64,000 nucleotides of DNA, from the NCBI GenBank assembly GCA_965644295.1, contig CBFFRP010000134.1, forward strand, positions 62,001 through 126,000, given 5' to 3'. A program made the translations under genes and the position numbers. Under the pieces are notes generated by a model, which ran no database searches, was not told the DNA's origin, and saw only the letters and a list, made by a program, of their open reading frames with translations. Positions 47,345 to 61,364 of the stretch are shown here, one piece after another (position 1 is the first letter of the stretch; every line of letters begins with the position of its first letter). The DNA comes from Paraphysomonas bandaiensis (taxonomy: Eukaryota; Protista; Chrysophyceae).

Positions 47345-48661
47345 ATGGCTTCTCCCGAGCAACACTTCAATAAACTAGAGCTCACTCCTGCTGGTCGACC
47401 CAAATATAAAGACGGAGAAGTAGAAATCAAGTGTGTGGAGAATGTACGAGTCGAAACAGACTCTCGCTGTGAAGTGTTAGATATCGGATCCCTTCTTCTC
47501 ACTAATATTCATATCGTTATAATAAGATCACAACAATCACGTATGGAAGCATGGGGACTTGAGCTAATGAGAGTCGTTATAGTTGAAGACTGTGCCAGTT
47601 TTTTTGTTCCCTCCAAAAGAATCAGAATCCATATCGAAAATGGAAATAAATTAGAATTTAAATTTCTTAGTGGGCAAAAAGAGACTACCATAGAGTTGAT
47701 ACGGAAGACTTTAGAGCGGAAGGCTTGGACTGATATTTGTTCCCCTCCAAAGCCGGTTGTTACCGAAGCTGCCTTCTCTGTTGAAAGTGCAGGTGTGTCT
47801 GGTTTAATGAGAAGGCAGGAGAGAGAGCATCAAAGTGTGGATGCAGTAACCCGGGAAGCATTGACTGATTTGAATGTGCTTATGACTCGAGCACGGGAAG
47901 TTGTGAAAGTAATTGAAAAATACTCTGCGGTGAGGTTCGACAAGTCTGATGCACAATCGGAGACGTCGTCCGAAATGGGTGAGCTAAGTGTCTTCACATT
48001 GTCATTATATAATACAATATGTTTAGGGGATGCAAATGAAATGGAAGGAATTCTTCAAAACATTGGTAATTCATGCACTTCATAGTTTCCTGATATTAAT
48101 TGTCATATTCAATGTTCCAGGTATTGTATCGCCAGTGACACGACTTACCGCAGGAAGACAATATCACGAGCAGTTAGCCCGTCAAATTGGGGACCTGCTA
48201 CTCTTAGATAATAGATTGCGCCGTTTGGGTGGGATGGTGACGCTTCCAGATGTTTACTGCCTCTACAACAGGGCCAGGGGAACGGAGCTAGTCTCACCTG
48301 ATGATCTCCTGAAAGCAGCTTCTCTTATGCAAGACTTACGGATAGGTTTGATACTCTTGCTACGCACTAATTTCGCAATGTGACTTTCCTTTCAGGCCTC
48401 AGACTAAGAAAATTTAAATCGGGTGTATATGTGTTACAAGAAGATAGTTTTAATGATGATGTCATGTTCAATAAGCTAGTGGCATTGGCTCAGCAAGACC
48501 CATTACAAGGAATTAGCCCCGCTGGTGTTTCCCAGTGCTTGCATATGTCAATACTAGTGGCAAAGGAGCAACTTCTTCTTGCAGAACAGCACACACTGTT
48601 GTGTAGGGACGACACTATTAATGGAATTTTTTTCTTCGCTAATAAGTTTATGGATGTATAG
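47345..48661 (+). CDS. VPS36: ESCRT-II subunit Vps36/EAP45, 4 exons
   Basis: GLUE-like N-terminus (G.LLLTN..I), followed by AGVSGL.R, AL.DL..LM.RA.EVV, GIVSPVT, GGMVTLPDVYCLYNRARGTELVSPDD and LCRDD..NG..FF.N.F. Confidence 0.93.
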
Positions 48662-48742
48662 TGCGTGAATGTATGTAGTATGTAGCATATCACTTTGTTT
48701 ACTGTGAAGTAGGTAGCTTGATAAACGACGCTATTGGTTTGT

Positions 48743-49122
48743 AAGTGAATGTCTGATTATTATCAATAGGTGTGTAAGAGCCAGAACTAGTGTAGCAAAA
48801 CAAGATGACTAACTAGTGCTTAACTCTGATATCCTACTGTTTTGCGCTATGAAAGCTGCTTGTGCGTCATCCCAAGCACCAAGGTGCTACCACTTTCGTT
48901 TTCTGTCCTTAAGATGAATTAGCCTGAATGTTATACCCCGGATTACTGTTTATTCGTCAAGGCCTAAAGCCGTCTACACAAGTGATAATATATCCATCAA
49001 TACTATTGATGAAACGCTATCTAACAATAGTATCACTCACTATCCCTGAGTGATATTTTTAGTGTCCCTTGTACCACACAAGCACTTAGTATGAGTGGGC
49101 AGATAATTATCTGTTGACTATA
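48743..49122 (-). mobile_element. Short retroelement copy 4 (lacks 5' ribozyme module)
   Basis: Family alignment (CAAGCACCAAGGTGC, GTCTACACAAGTGA, GTGTCCCTTGTACCACACAAGCA, GAGTGGGCAGA). Possible TSD TATTGG(T/C)TTGT. Confidence 0.75.
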
Positions 49123-49549
49123 TATTGGCTTGTGAAAATAGAAGTTTATTGTTGTGGCATTGCGACAGCATAGGTCCTTCTTCTTATTCGAGAAGCTCTT
49201 GATTGTTGTATTGTATTGATTTCTTGTGGTAGCTTTTCAACGGGTATGTACATACTCTATGCATAACACGTGTGCCCCTCACATAATAATATATTAACTG
49301 CTACACAACGCACAACGCAATGCATACAAGAATCATCCTGTCGACCTGGTGTATTACGTGTTACATTTATCAACATTAAATATTTGGATGATGAAATAAT
49401 AACTTGAACATGAACTTAAACAGAAATCTATTTTAGTATAAAAGTCGATGTGATCATGAAACCTGGTATAATGGTTTTAGATACTAGAAGTTCACTTGAT
49501 TATAGTTTTGTAAGTATAAATATGAGAATTTGTACTACTTAGTTAAAGG

Positions 49550-49640
49550 TAAAAGTCTATCTAGCTTGACTAGTGTTCATCTCTAGCTACTTATTATCTG
49601 GTGCTGATTCTCGATGCCTACATTATTATAAGACTTTCTT
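49550..49640 (+). mobile_element. Retroelement 3'-tail fragment
   Basis: Aligns with 24988-25058 (GTCTA.CTAG.TTG.CTAG..TTCATCT..AGCTACT...TGGTGCTG...ATAAGACTTTC). Confidence 0.55.
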
Positions 49641-50414
49641 ATATATAATACCAGAAATAAGAATATTTTTTCTTAAATAATAAATTACACATAAATTGTC
49701 TTTTCAATGTATGTATATAATGGGATTCGAACTAGTCAGCTTAAAATATTGCAACTGATATTTGTAGTATGAATTAAAATGTGCAAGTATAAAAAGAACA
49801 CGCATCAAGATGGCGATATCGTGAAAACGATTGCTTTTAAAAAAACTTTTGTATCTCGTTTGGGATGAAACATTAACCTGTCCAAAAAAAGGTACTTGCA
49901 CTATACCACACTATACAGAGACAGCTATTAGGTATTACACGGTGCATCCAACACATACAGTACCAAAAAAAGTGTCAATTATATGTATGTGATGCATACA
50001 TCTATTTTTACTTTAAACAATATATATTACATAGTATATAATATAATAATATCTTTATACTATTGGTATTTCTATTATAGTCATGAACTTTCAAGTCAGT
50101 ACTGGTAAACCAAGTTGTAGAAAAAAGGAACACAAGAAACATCTTCGAACATTACGAATTCTTTAGAAAGCGCCCATTTTGGTTAGTAGATTGATAAACT
50201 AAATACTAGTATATGTGTGAATTTATTAACTATTGCCTACTAGTACAGTACGTTATTCTGTTCTAACATACCTCGTCATTGTGTTAGACTGATATAAAAT
50301 GATATAGATTTTATAAAAACTGAACTAAGACTTCACATACATAATATACCTAACTGATTAATAAATAATACAATAAATTAATTCTTCTTATCACTAATGG
50401 TCATTCACTATATT

Positions 50415-50787
50415 CCCTCTGAGGAGATCACTTGACAAGAAAGTCGAACTCGTACCTTCTCATGGTGTTTTGTGGGATAAGTACCAGAGATATTTCTCCG
50501 GGAAACTATCGTGTGAGCCGCATATATATATTCAACAGATAATTCTCTGCCCACTTATAGCCGAATGCTTGTGTGGTACAAGTAACATTAATAATAAGTG
50601 CCACTTTTTGTGTAAACGTCTTTGGGCCCAACTTAAGTCAACAGTTGTCAAGTATATTGTATCTACATTCTGCGTGCTCGTTGAGTTTGCTTTGAGTGAT
50701 AGAGCGAAAGTGGTTGCAACTTGGTGCTTGTGGTGACGCGCTATCAGAGTTAAGCGCCTATATTGCTAATAATAAGACATTCACTTC
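50415..50787 (+). mobile_element. Short retroelement copy 5 (decayed, internally deleted)
   Basis: AAAGTCG.ACTCG.ACCTT...TGGTGTT...GGGATAAGTACC...GGGAAACTA, then CTGCCCACT.ATAGCCGAATGCTTGTGTGGTACAAG, and the tail ATTGCTAATAATAAGACATTCAC. Confidence 0.78.
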
Positions 50788-51276
50788 TATATTAATCTTA
50801 TTACAACTACCAATTAATATTTTACGAGACCTTAAGCTTATTAGATATAGTCACGATCATATAATATATTGTAAAGTTCATATAATACTTATTTTTATAC
50901 TTTTAACGCTGTACTTTTAAAACTATAACATTAATTGCATACAAATTAGCAAAGCTTAACATCGGTCAGCATACAAAGAGCATAAAAACATTGAATATGT
51001 ACACTAGTCCAAACTGTAGAAGCGCTTCTGATTGAAGACTTGAAAAGTGTGAATTTATTTCCATTTGGTTCTATTGCAGAATCTAATTAAGGCGATTAAG
51101 TAGAATTCAGGAATACAGAAACTGATTGCAAGGGTTTATCATAAATATCTCTATGCATAATTATTATATAAACATTTCCAAATCTAAAAGCTGGCATGGA
51201 GGCTCTTACAATCATAGGGTAAAGGCACGTATCTTTGAAAAAATTCGACACAAATAAGGAAGTATACACACTATAT

Positions 51277-54200
51277 CTAGTACTTTGATATAACCGTCCA
51301 TCGTTTCAGTACACCATCTACGTTGCTTTCATTGCCTTTGTTTTTCTTTGAGTGGTTGATTAAAGCAACTAGTCCCTTAAATTCACTGGAACTGGCCTTT
51401 CGCATCCTTGGTGCTCTCTTTTTGGTAGTTGGAACAGTACCCGCAAGATGAGCTAATTCCATAGATTCACCACGAGACGATAATAACCTTGACTGCGTCG
51501 AAGTGCAACTACCGTCGTCTTCATCCTCAAACTTTGAAGCATGCACCAAGGACGGGAGTTGAACCCTTTCTGGTTGATCTTGCAGTGAACTTGATGAAGA
51601 CTTAGTAACTTTACCTTTTTCCATGAATCTTACTTTAGTTGACTTTTCAGACTCTGCATACAAGATGAGCTTCACCACATAAAAGGAATATTCGTACCAT
51701 AAGATCCATTGGTTATGCCAGTAATCATGCTGCGGTCTTTTCCACTATTGCTGGACACAAATGACGACCCGATTTCCAATGCCGACTGTCCTGACGCCTC
51801 TGCTCGTCGTTCGTACACTGTAGTGTCATCATCGTCCTCATCGTCTTCATCATAAACAATATCCGCAATCTATATGTGTCGCAGTTATACACAAAACTGA
51901 TGTAGTCGTATACCGCACCTTAGAATCATTTAGTGTAATTCTACGAATAACGCTGTTCGGATCGCTGCTATACCTACATTCATTTTTCTCACGTACCATA
52001 GGGATTGTTTTTATGATTTCATCTTCAGTGAAAGAATTCAAATTATGAAATCCGTCTTCTAGAGCCTTCAATGCACCTAAAGTTTCAATAGGGGGTTCTT
52101 CCAAGTATACTTTCACCAGAAACTTTCTCTGATCGACACTGATTTTATCAACATCAAGATTAACATTAGATGTTCCACCCAAGAGCTTGGTGTACAATGG
52201 AGCCGGATCGATATAAGCCGCTCGAGCTTCTTTCTGTTGCCCTCTAGACCCATTACACCAACTTTCAGCTTCCAACTCGCACAGCAAATCAGTATTCATT
52301 TTTAATTCATCGCCCTCAAAATTTCTAGTTAAATCTTGCAGAATAATTAATATGGCCCCACTTTGAACCAGCTTTTGGCGTATCGCAATGTTGTAAGTCA
52401 TTGACCGAAGAGCAGATGCACAATTCTTGCGAGTAGTAGCGAATGCAGCATCATCAAGGGACTCTCCATTTAGCGTAATAAGCTGAACAATAGCATCTAT
52501 CGCCCCTACCTCTACCATGGTTTCTTGATTTGGAATTGATATACAGAGGTTTCTAAATGCCGCTGAGCATCTCTCAACTAATTCGTGACTGAAGTTGTAG
52601 TGTGCATATTTTGGGCTATTTTTATATTGTGATAAAAAACATAATATTTCAGTGCACCCTTCTCGAACCATAAGTGCGGTGTTGACATTCCCACATGCCA
52701 AATGGCAAATTGATGTAATGGATAAAAGAACAGTATCTTTTTCTTCTTTTGTCACCGTCCACAATTCTTTAAATAGCCGAACAATACCTTGGGAGACTAA
52801 CATTTTCTGCGTAGACTTTTCTGTAGTAAGATTATACATAAAGGCAACCAATATACGAATAAGTTCTGAACTTTTATCAAACGACGAAAGCCATATAGTC
52901 TCAACGATACGAAGCGAATTTTGAAGTACTAATTTAGATAAATTCTCAGTCGCACATGAGAGACAATAGAGTGCGTTAATAACCGCAAGATCCAAATTGG
53001 GATCATTGGACTTGCATATAGTCATAAACCGGCTAATGCACTGATCATCAAGGACTTGAGTGCGCATAAGTGGATTGTTGGCAATATTTCCAAACATAGT
53101 CAGGTACGCATAGCTAACGGAAGGATCATTAAAAATTGAGCTCACATCGATAAGTCGCAGTATCCCTGATGACACAATGTTTGCGCGACATGATTCAGAC
53201 TGTGATGCCAAACATAAGCAAAAAATACACATTTCGCTAACTTCCTTGTCCTTACAACTTGACATCACAAGCATATTATTAACAGCCTCTCGTCGGAAAT
53301 CTTCATCTGCATCTGTCGTTTGCATCAATAGATTCGTTAAAATTCGCCCACTGTAGCGCTGCAACTCAATGTTTCCTTCCTGTTTGAGAAGCTTCATTAT
53401 TGCATTCACTGTTGACGAGGAGCTAAGCATCTGGCGAGCATACTGGCATGACAAATTACATAATGCCTTCGCACACATATTCAGTATATCAGTATTGTCA
53501 AGAAGTGTCAGGTTACCAAGACCCCATATTACACCATCATCAACCATGGTAGCATAAGATGTGGGATCATACATCAAATTTACTAACGCTTTTGCGCATA
53601 TAAGTTTTGTTTGTAATTGGTCAGATGTAACAAGGGCTGTTATTAGCAAAGTTTTAACCACACCGTCTCGAAGCATTGTCTGTTCACTCCCCTCCTCGTA
53701 TGACATATTACAAATAATAGCAGCGCATCCTCTCCTAATATGTTCATCAGGTTTCGAAGCTAATGAAATGATGAACTCCGTAGCTTGAAGATCCAGTAGC
53801 ATCATTCTCAATTCAGCAAATTGTGACAAATTGGAAACAGCAATGACTACACGGCGTTGTGTCAAAGCATGTTCCAATCGACTTAACTCAAGAAGCACCT
53901 TTAACACATCATCAGAAGCGAACTCTTTATAGTACTTGTCATGGCACGACAATCGTGAAAGGATGGCAGCACACTTAATCTTCGTCTCCAGATAATCTGC
54001 TTTAGTTAATTTCACTACAGGAATAAGTGCCCCTGCAGAAAGCATTTGGTCACAATTAGAATCGTTATCTGCAAGGTTGTATAGGGCCGATGCACAGTCC
54101 ACTTTGATTGATTGATTTGTTTCGTGTCGCAACATATGAACCAGTACAGGAATCGCACTAGATACATCAACAGATTTCTTGATGGTTATACTCCAGAGTG

Positions 54201-55804
54201 CAGCCCCGCAAAACTTTTTTGATCGCTCACTTGGGGACTTGCAAAGCTTAATTAAGCATGGTAGAATTCCATTAGCGAGTAGATAAACAGGACAAAAATC
54301 ATTTGTTGAGAGCTGAAATAAAGCAAATGCACACCATTCCCCAGTTATAACATCCATGTCATTTTGAGATAAAGACACCAGCACATTTACAGCTCCCTGC
54401 TCAATGAGACGATTCAATACAGATTCACTCTGAAATAAAGAACAAATGGACTCTGCACAATACTGCCTAATCGTACCATCATCAGTTTTTATTAATGACA
54501 TGAGCGCCTTCACTATTCCATCACCCACAAGTTTGTGTGCTAGCACTTTATCTCCACATAGAATTCGCAGGGTTTTAGAGGCAGTTCTTCCCATGTCTAC
54601 ATCGCTCATCTTCTCCATACTCATGCGAATAATAACTCCCACAGCGTTTCCACTCACAATTTTTTCACGACAAGCGTTGTCTTTGGATAAGTTATAAAAA
54701 GCATGTACACATGAGAGCCTCACAGAATCTACCTCGTCTCGTGCCATACCTACCAGGGTGACCAAAACGAACTGATCCATTAACTTGCTACGGGTCCGCG
54801 CATCCGTTGTAAGATTTCGAAGTGTTTGGCTTGAGATTGAACGTATAGTTGTAGAGGGATTCTTGTTAGCACGCTCTATCACACGAAGTAATCCATCCTC
54901 CACCAATCTTAACTGGTTGTTACGCATAGCAGATAAGTTGCAGAATGCAGACATTACAACGATAAGCTCCTCCTCCTGTAGCTTGAGAGAAAATAAGTGA
55001 AGAAGGGCATCTGTAACCTCCTCTACTCGAGCAAACTTATCCGTAACGCATGTTATATTTAGCAGTGTTTGAAGACATATGCCGGTGTTCTCTGGACAGA
55101 TAGCTGCAATCTGCACCAGTGCGTACGGTGCCCCTTCCTTCACTGCTCTATACTCGTACCCATTCTCACAACACAGATTACACAGCGCAGCACAGCATGC
55201 CCGCTTTACAGATCTACTTGATGTGGATGATAGAGCTATAATCGCAGCAAATGCTCCGCTTTCTATCATGTGCTGCCGAATCGATGCTTCTGTAGCAAGC
55301 GATGAAAAAGCTGCAGCGCAACATCTAGGAAGAGAATCATACATTTAGAAATAAATAAATAAAGCCTTACTTCTTAATAGGTGCATCATTCAACTGCGAC
55401 AAGTCGATGAGGGCAGGTACTGCCCCCTCTTCCACAATAATATGTCTCTTGTGAGGCTTCATTGCTAGGGTTGTAAGGGACATAGCAAACCGTCTCTTCT
55501 TATTTCTTGTTGAGGCTGTCATCTTAATAGAACTTGATGATTTAGTTTCTTCTTTATCCACTGTTAACTCTGGGTCATTATCACCATCATCACCAGAGTA
55601 TACTGTCTTAGTAGGCCTGTGATCATCAGCATTCAAACGCGACAAATAGAGAATTCCATCAGTGTTATCATGATCACCAAATAAATCCCCTGTATATGCA
55701 GGGTAATTAAGAAACATATCTCTAAGGGCAGGGATTGATCCAATGATGTCTTTGGCTTCAGAATCAGTGGTTGCCATTTTCTTTTGAAAACGATCAAGAT
55801 CCAT
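51277..55804 (-). CDS. Large armadillo-repeat protein (Vac8-like repeats)
   Basis: Many ARM repeats (CAAAFSSL, AALCNL, GAV.VLVSL, CASALYNL) in a 3.4-kb exon plus flanking exons. The 3' end may extend to about 51185 through another intron. Confidence 0.85.
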
Positions 55805-56009
55805 ATTAAAATATACACTATAGAGATACTAACACTGATATATATGATGAGATTAAGATATAGATGAAGATTCTTTACATGTTAAATATAAGTAATGTGT
55901 GCTATGAGTGATATACATACAGTCCCATTGAAACTAACGAATGAGTTATGTATGTATGTATCTATCAGTTGATAAAAAGTTATTCTATAGGAAACTCATA
56001 TACACACCT

Positions 56010-56080
56010 ACATACATACATACATACATACATACATACATACATACATACATACATACATACATACATACATACATACA
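56010..56080. repeat. (CATA)n microsatellite
   Basis: Tandem repeat read directly. Confidence 0.95.
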
Positions 56081-56630
56081 TGTCCAGTGCAGTATATACA
56101 GCAGTACACCTATATGTACAGTATACCATACACATACACATACTATATATATGACAGCATCCATATACATACATACATATACATCTAACAGCTAGAAATA
56201 TAACGGTTTCATAGTATATACTGCTATATACGGTGCAGTATACTGTGGACTCTGTCATACGGCAGTATTCTGGATTATTGAAAATCCCAAATTTTCTGAC
56301 TTCTCTCAACTAAAAACTGGCAATCATGAAGAGTTCACAAATTCTTCCAGAAAGTACTTTTTCCTTGTTAAAAGCTACGGTTTTCAGGTGTATAGTTTTC
56401 CACCATGTATTGATATACAGAGTACATCAGTACTTCTTACAGCCGTACAGAGTGTACATGTACCTATGCAGCATACACGTCGTATACATCTATACCTATA
56501 CGTACATTGTACTGCTGCACGTAGACTGTATAGTCGTGAAGGTCTGTCCACAAGTCCGGCCATATTAACACATACACATATATCGACCCCCACCTCATAC
56601 ACACACCATACAACACACATAAACACTCCA

Positions 56631-58109
56631 ATGCTCATCAGAGGAAAATTACTTCTACAGAATTGTACTCTTCGTCCATTAAGTACACTAGGGAGTGCCT
56701 TTCATCAGACTGCCAGTGATATCAGAGTTAAGATTGACGAATACAAACATAAAGAGGATTATAATACTGCACTAACAAGACACGCTGAATTAAGTACAGC
56801 TCTATCAAAGAGTGAGTTGTGGGATAATGCAACAGAAGCAGCACAATTAAATCAGGAGTTCTCTAGCTTATCCGCATCTATTGACTTTATTAAAGAAGTG
56901 GAAGATGTGTATCACGAGACGTTAGAGTTGCATCAATTAGGTGAGGCCGAGAATGATCCAGAATTATTGAAGGACTGTGAAGATACATTAGAAGAGTTAC
57001 ACGATCGTTTGAAGAGTAGAAAAATGGAACGAATTCTGTCGTCAGAAGAGGACCAATCCAGCTGTTACGTCGAAATCGTTGCTGGTGTGGGTGGTCTTGA
57101 TGCATTTGATTGGACTCGAATGTTAGCGAATATGTATGTCAAGTGGGCAAAAGTGGTAGGATATTCCTCAAAGGTCACTGACGAACAGGTCGATGAGGAT
57201 ACAGCTAGCAATGATTGTGGGTATCGCCGGGTGACTATACGTCTTGATGGCCATAGAGCTTACGGATATATGAAAGCAGAAGCAGGAACCCACCGTCTAG
57301 TCCGAAGAAGTCCTTTTGACCCCACAGATAAAAGGCACACATCTTTTGCGCAGGTTAGGAAAAATGTTTGGGAATGATTGTAAATTATTATGTCCATGAA
57401 GGTTCGAGTTTATCCTGCACCTAAAACAGAGGGGGCGAGTAGCGCAAAAAGTTATCAAGTTCACCAAAGGTATGTACACATGTATTAGTTTCAATCGTAT
57501 AGCCTGTTTCAGCTATGATAATATGCATATACAGTCGAAAGTCATATACCTGTATGTATCCCATTGTATTACACTAAATACGACTTAATATTTGCTACTA
57601 GTGACCTGCGTATCGATACGTACAAGTCTCGTGGAGCAGGAGGACAGAGCGTAAATACCACAGACTCTGCTGTTAGGATAACCCACATCCCGACAGGCAC
57701 GGTGGTGACATGCCAAAATGAGCGGTCGCAGCACATGAACAAAGGTACTGTGTCTCTTTCTTTTCTAGGTTAGACTGATGGCTTGTACCACAGCATCTGC
57801 GCTTAAGGTTCTACAAGCTAAACTGTGGAGGCTAGACTTGCAACGGCGTGAAGAGGAAAAGCTGAATTCTAAAATTGGTTTAGGAGATAATTCATGGGGT
57901 ACTCAAATACGGTATTGATTGGTTGCTTATTTTACTCGGAAATTTACTTTTAAATATGGTATAGATCCTTGGTTTTACATCCATATCTGATGGTAAAAGA
58001 TCACAGGTCTGGGTGGGAAACGACCGATGTTGAAGGAATTTTAGAAGGTACCGAACTACTGACGGAAGCTATAGAAGCATATTTGATATATCATGACAAT
58101 TTATCATAA
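56631..58109 (+). CDS. prfB: Organellar (probably mitochondrial) peptide chain release factor 2, 5 exons
   Basis: Motifs [30 protein letters not shown]...RHTSFA (SPF), [22 protein letters not shown] (GGQ) and WGTQIRS.VLHPY.MVKDHR. The N-terminus is basic and hydroxylated with no acidic residues. Confidence 0.92.
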
Positions 58110-58395
58110 TTTGTACTAGACGTGTTGAGTATAGCTGAAAACGTGAACACAACGTCGTGAAATGGAGTTGCAGCGCTGTGTGATATAGTCGTACGTACAG
58201 TGTATATTGGTATATACTAATTGGATAGCAGTCTTGCTAGGTTATATATAAATGAAAATGTTTAGAATTAAATCTAATATTTAATGTACCTATGCAAAAT
58301 ATGACTATTGAAACTTATAGCTGACAACCCCTTTATTTTATTAATATCTCTAGCTGATGAAAGTCAGTTAGTGATGAGTTTTATGACACAATTGT

Positions 58396-58805
58396 GGTAG
58401 TGAATGTCGTATTGTTGGCAATAGGCGTTTAAGTGCAGGGCTGCGTGTCAATTAATTGACGCCCTCAACAAAGTCGGACTGAGTTCTTAAGGTGAACATC
58501 CCGGATGCTTGACTTCAGCAGGCAGCCCAATATCCCGGTTACCCTTCAGGTGGACCCTGTCCCGGATGCCCTTAAGGTGGGCCCATTCCCGGATACCTGT
58601 TTATTTGTCAGGGCCCAAAGACGTCTACACAACAAGTGACACTTATTGGTGTCCCTTGTACCACACAAGCATTCGGCTATGACTGGGCAGAACTATATAT
58701 ATGCTGACTATGATTGCGACTCACGTTAGTTTCTCAGAGAGAATCTCTCCGGTAGTTATCCCCCAGAACACCACGAAAAGGTGTGAGTCCGACTTTGTTG
58801 AGGGC
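58396..58805 (-). mobile_element. Short retroelement copy 6 (3' part replaced by an inverted copy of its own 5' end)
   Basis: Family alignment. 58460-58480 is the exact reverse complement of 58786-58806. Confidence 0.82.
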
Positions 58806-58989
58806 GGAACTATATTTACACCATGATATCATCAACTACTATTCGTAGTAATATACGACAAGGAATCAGACAATATTATTTACTTTATATATATTTCAAC
58901 GCAGGGAAACATTTCACAAAGATTTTGATCAACAAGAAATTACTCTCTCGCTGTTTTGGTAGAAATATGCAACATCGACCTAATTGAAA

Positions 58990-61364
58990 TTACTGCCATA
59001 TAGTTCCCATTTCATATACAGTGATAGCAGTTGCTCCAACAAAGCAGTCCGCATTACCGGAGTAATTACCTCCAAATACGTATGTTCCCATACCATTGTA
59101 ACTCTCGTCAGGATAGATACGTAGTGTGGCTGCCAGAGCCCCGTCTTGGGCGAACATCTGCGCAGTAGACTATAAATTACAATAAAACGATATAACATGG
59201 TTACTGTAGGCAAGGTATACACTTATATTTTTCATAGTGAAATGCACATAGTAGAAGTGATATATTAAAGGGTACGGAATAGATTAACTCGCCTCAGTGA
59301 TGCTATGGTCCAAAAATAACTGCATGGACAAAACTATATCTCCATTATCCGAGATATTCTGAAATGCAATAGTGGGCACGGGAGTATACAGTTTCTCTGG
59401 AGGAGTTGAGCCGCCACTGACACTTGAGTCCATGGATGTAAAAACCATAATTTCTGCGCTCTCCGAAACTCCTAGAGCAAAGCCGTATGATGTGAAGTAC
59501 TGTCCATCAGATGATCTGTTATAATAACATGAGCCGCACTGATATAAGTAGATATAGCACAATTAATATACAAGCATTACTTGACTCCTCACCTTCTCAC
59601 TTGCATACCCATCTCAGCCCCCTCTAAGTCAAAGACATTACATGCTGCCGAAATAGTAAACTCAGCCTAACATAGAATAGTTAGAATTTAAAAATATATG
59701 TGATAGTTATCTAGTTATTTATTTCTCTAAGTAATATGATATTTCACGCAGCTGCACACCTGTACTTCCACTTGAAGCCCAGTGGCTGGAATATCTCCAC
59801 TGATAGGAGGGCTCAGAGATGAGTACACAGTAGCACTTCGTAAACTCGACAACTTAGAGTAGGGCCGCAATCTCAGCGACTGCATATCAGGGTCGTACGA
59901 AACGGTTCGGGGAAGAGATTGCACTCCTTGCCACCCACGAGACTCACCTTGATCATCCTGTATTGACGTTAATCAATTCAGTGAATTACAGTACATAATA
60001 TTATGTGAAAGGATATTGATCACCTGTTCCATACTCCACCCCCACAAGAACCTTGTGTTACTTTCAGCGTCGTAAAATGACTTACTAGCGTAAAACGCCC
60101 TATGAGGCCCATAGTCAAGCTGCAAATCTATAACACTGTTAATATTCATCATGAAGTTAACTGCAGCACAATCTAGTACATGAATATGTAATACAGAACA
60201 AGAACACGAGCTCGAGATATACGATTACTGCATAACAAGACACGACACTATATGCCTACCAGCTGGGGTTGTCAAATCTCTGGTAAACACAGCAGCACTG
60301 GTGTCAGAGTCCGACACATATCTCCCCACCTGATCGGACTCATTAATGTGACACCCAAGTGTAGTACTGACGTACTTGATAAACACACATAAACTACATA
60401 CAGCGCCGGTTTACAGGGTCATAAGATTCATACATTCATACCCTATGGAGTACATTCATAGCACTATGGAATACAACGTAATACCTACTGGTAACACGAA
60501 CTATCAAATTTGCCTCAGTACATACCTCATAAAAGTCTTGTGTCGTCTCCATCACGGAATATTTCATTATATACACCTGGTCCGTGTTTACCTCATATAC
60601 GTCAGAATCAACAGGAAAGAAATCGGGACATTCCACCATGAATGATTGGTGCGTAGATGCGGGATCGGATGATCTCCACACAGGATTTTTATACGTCCAG
60701 CCATATGGAAAATCTTGTGCTGACGTGGTGTGGAGTGCAATTATGCCATCTCCGTTATCACTGGCGGCAGTGAGCATATTCCATTGCTCTTCTTGATTAG
60801 TGGTAAATAGAGCGGGATCTCTAAAGTTATATATATCCCAACCAGATGGAACTGAGTTAATGACAGGGTTCTTAACATCTTTTACCCAGTCTTCCAGAGT
60901 TGTATCGTAGGTCGTCGAAGAAGCGTCCCTACTGGCAGCACACTGCAGTTCAACGCCATTACTATCAACACATGTATAGAGCAGATATGGAGACGAATTA
61001 TTAATGGCAGCACTTCCTGAAAAGACTCCACCTATATCATACCACTGATCATTGTATAGAGCAACATTAAGACGTTGCCAATACACCATATCAGTAGATA
61101 CCACATGAGCCCAGCTCATATCACCCCATACAGGTGCATGAGGATTATATTGAAAAAATAAATGATAATAACCATTATAATACATTGGACCATTAGGATC
61201 ATTTAACCTGTACATAGATGAGCTTATAGGAGTGTATGTATGGGATATGAGGCGTACCAGTGCCCATCATCTGGTGTGATGTGATACTGAGGCTTCTGGT
61301 CATAACATACGCATAATAAGGGTATAAGAGTTATTGTGAAAGTGAAAAGAGTTATGTGGGTCAT
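58990..61364 (-). CDS. Secreted glycoside hydrolase family 32 (beta-fructofuranosidase/invertase-like), multi-exon
   Basis: Hydrophobic signal-like N-terminus. Catalytic motifs WLNDPNG, FRDP and MVECPD, plus FSGSA, FYASKSFYD and the C-terminal FLDHSITEMF. Confidence 0.92.
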
